DNA of 52,832 nt from a virus (lineage: Duplodnaviria > Caudoviricetes), in the IMG/VR virus record IMGVR_UViG_3300048853_000118, positions 1 through 52,832 of that record; one strand, 5' to 3'. Positions 51,707 through 52,832 of the stretch are shown here, piece after piece; position 1 is the first letter of the stretch; each line of letters begins with the position of its first letter. The position numbers were made by a program, and so were the translations under genes. The notes under the pieces are model-generated. The model searched no databases, was not told where the DNA came from, and saw only the letters and a program-made list of their open reading frames with translations.

Positions 51707-52368
51707 TCGTCACCGCCTCGATCATCCGCCACGTGGCGCCGCAGTGTGGCGCCAATGCGGCCGCCGTCGCCGTGGCGCTGCAGCCGGCGCTCGACCGCTT
51801 CGGCATCACCACGCGACGGCGCCTGGCGCACTTTCTCGCCCAGGTGGCGCACGAGAGCGGCGGTTTCGTGCGCAAGCGCGAGAGCCTGAACTACACGCCG
51901 GCGGCGATCCTGTCGACGTTCAACACCCGGGCGATCCAGCGCTTCACGCTGGCGCAGGCCGAGCAGCTCGGCCGCACTAGCGCGCACGCCGCGGACCAGC
52001 AGGCCATCGCCAATATCGCCTACGCGAACCGCATGGAAAACCGCGGCCCGGAGAGCTGCGACGGCTGGCGCACGCGCGGTGCCGGCTGGATCCAGCTGAC
52101 CGGAACCACGAACCACCACGCCTGCGCCGACTTCTTCAGCATCCCGCGCGACACCATCGGGGCCTGGCTGGCCACCGATGCCGGCGCCGCGCTGTCGGCC
52201 GGCTGGTTCTGGCAGCTGAACAACCTGAACCGCTTCGCCGACGTCGACGACATCGACGGCGTGTCGGACTGCGTGAACATGGGGCGCAAGACGGAGCGGA
52301 TCGGCGACGCCATCGGCTACCAGGAGCGCCGCTTTCTGACCATCGAAGCCCTGAAGGTGATTCCGTGA
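51703..52368 (+). CDS. Endolysin, glycoside hydrolase family 19
   Basis: FLAQVAHESGGF, ESLNY, RGAGWIQLTG, SAGWFW. Confidence 0.92.
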   Translation: MIVTASIIRHVAPQCGANAAAVAVALQPALDRFGITTRRRLAHFLAQVAHESGGFVRKRESLNYTPAAILSTFNTRAIQRFTLAQAEQLGRTSAHAADQQAIANIAYANRMENRGPESCDGWRTRGAGWIQLTGTTNHHACADFFSIPRDTIGAWLATDAGAALSAGWFWQLNNLNRFADVDDIDGVSDCVNMGRKTERIGDAIGYQERRFLTIEALKVIP

Positions 52369-52832
52369 TCCCCGCTCAATACCGCGCAGCGTTTGCGGTC
52401 GGCGCTGCCCTCGTCGGCATGCTGCTGGCCGGCGGCGCGGGCTGGGCCGCCAACGGCTGGCGCCTCGACGCGGCACACCGCGCCGACATCGCTGTGCGCG
52501 ATGCCCAGCTCGCCGCCGCAAAGGATCTCGCGCGCCTGCGCGAGCAAGATTGGGCCACTCAACGCAACCAAGCTATCGAAAATGCAAACTCCCGTGATCA
52601 GGTTATCCGCACTCTGGCTGCTGGCTCTGCCGGCGCTTCTCTCAGCCTGCGCGACACCCTTGCCGCCATCGGCCGTGGCGTGCCCGACGCTTCCGTCGAA
52701 GCCCTCCGCCACTCAACCACCACCCTCGCAGGCGTACTCCAAGACTGCCAAAGCGAATATCGAGAGTTGGCAGAGAAGGCTGACCGACACGCCAGTGACA
52801 CGGTGACGCTCGAGCAGGCCTGGCCGAAGTAA
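52365..52832 (+). CDS. Rz: Inner-membrane spanin
   Basis: N-terminal TM + GW..NGWR + coiled coil, ends AWPK. Confidence 0.85.
   Translation: MIPAQYRAAFAVGAALVGMLLAGGAGWAANGWRLDAAHRADIAVRDAQLAAAKDLARLREQDWATQRNQAIENANSRDQVIRTLAAGSAGASLSLRDTLAAIGRGVPDASVEALRHSTTTLAGVLQDCQSEYRELAEKADRHASDTVTLEQAWPK
52582..52806 (+). CDS. Rz1: Outer-membrane lipoprotein spanin embedded in Rz (+1 frame)
   Basis: Lipobox LLSAC, Pro-rich mature part. Confidence 0.85.
   Translation: MQTPVIRLSALWLLALPALLSACATPLPPSAVACPTLPSKPSATQPPPSQAYSKTAKANIESWQRRLTDTPVTR

Larger units (their letters stand above)
1..52832. mobile_element. Lambdoid temperate prophage (siphovirus, HK97-type head), near complete; att sites not in window
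   Basis: Canonical order integrase, early-left, cI/cro, early-right, Q, terminase, portal, protease, capsid, tail, lysis. Confidence 0.97.

Overview
The whole 52.8-kb window is one lambdoid temperate siphovirus prophage with an HK97-type head, GC-rich and probably from a Burkholderiales/Oxalobacteraceae-like host (inference). It runs from the integrase stop codon (base 1) to the i-spanin stop codon (base 52832), so the att sites lie outside the window. Gene order: int/xis and a leftward early operon (1-7062); OL/PL, then a divergent hairpin-dense ~360-nt non-coding tract plus one ORF (7110-7955); an AT-richer accessory block of exported and membrane proteins downstream of cI, with a 74-bp direct repeat and a candidate secreted toxin/immunity pair (7978-12620); the cI/OR/cro switch; a rightward early operon (C5 methyltransferase, Ref-like nuclease, a QueF-like plus TGT/DpdA-like pair split by one in-frame TGA, Rha/ANT antirepressor, an initiator C-terminal-domain-only protein, RusA); reverse-strand morons (pseudo-receiver, EEP nuclease plus partner); Q-like antiterminator; packaging and head genes; a 1022-aa SGNH-esterase/FN3 probable head fibre; tail genes with a -1 frameshift chaperone and a 2227-aa tape measure; and the lysis cassette. 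No helicase or loader, full-length initiator, or Red/RecT-type recombinase could be recognised. Best leads: the operator-adjacent structured RNA candidate, the QueF-like/TGT-like base-modification pair, the toxin-immunity cassette between repeats, and the EEP two-gene defence candidate. All calls come from reading motifs by eye; no searches were run.
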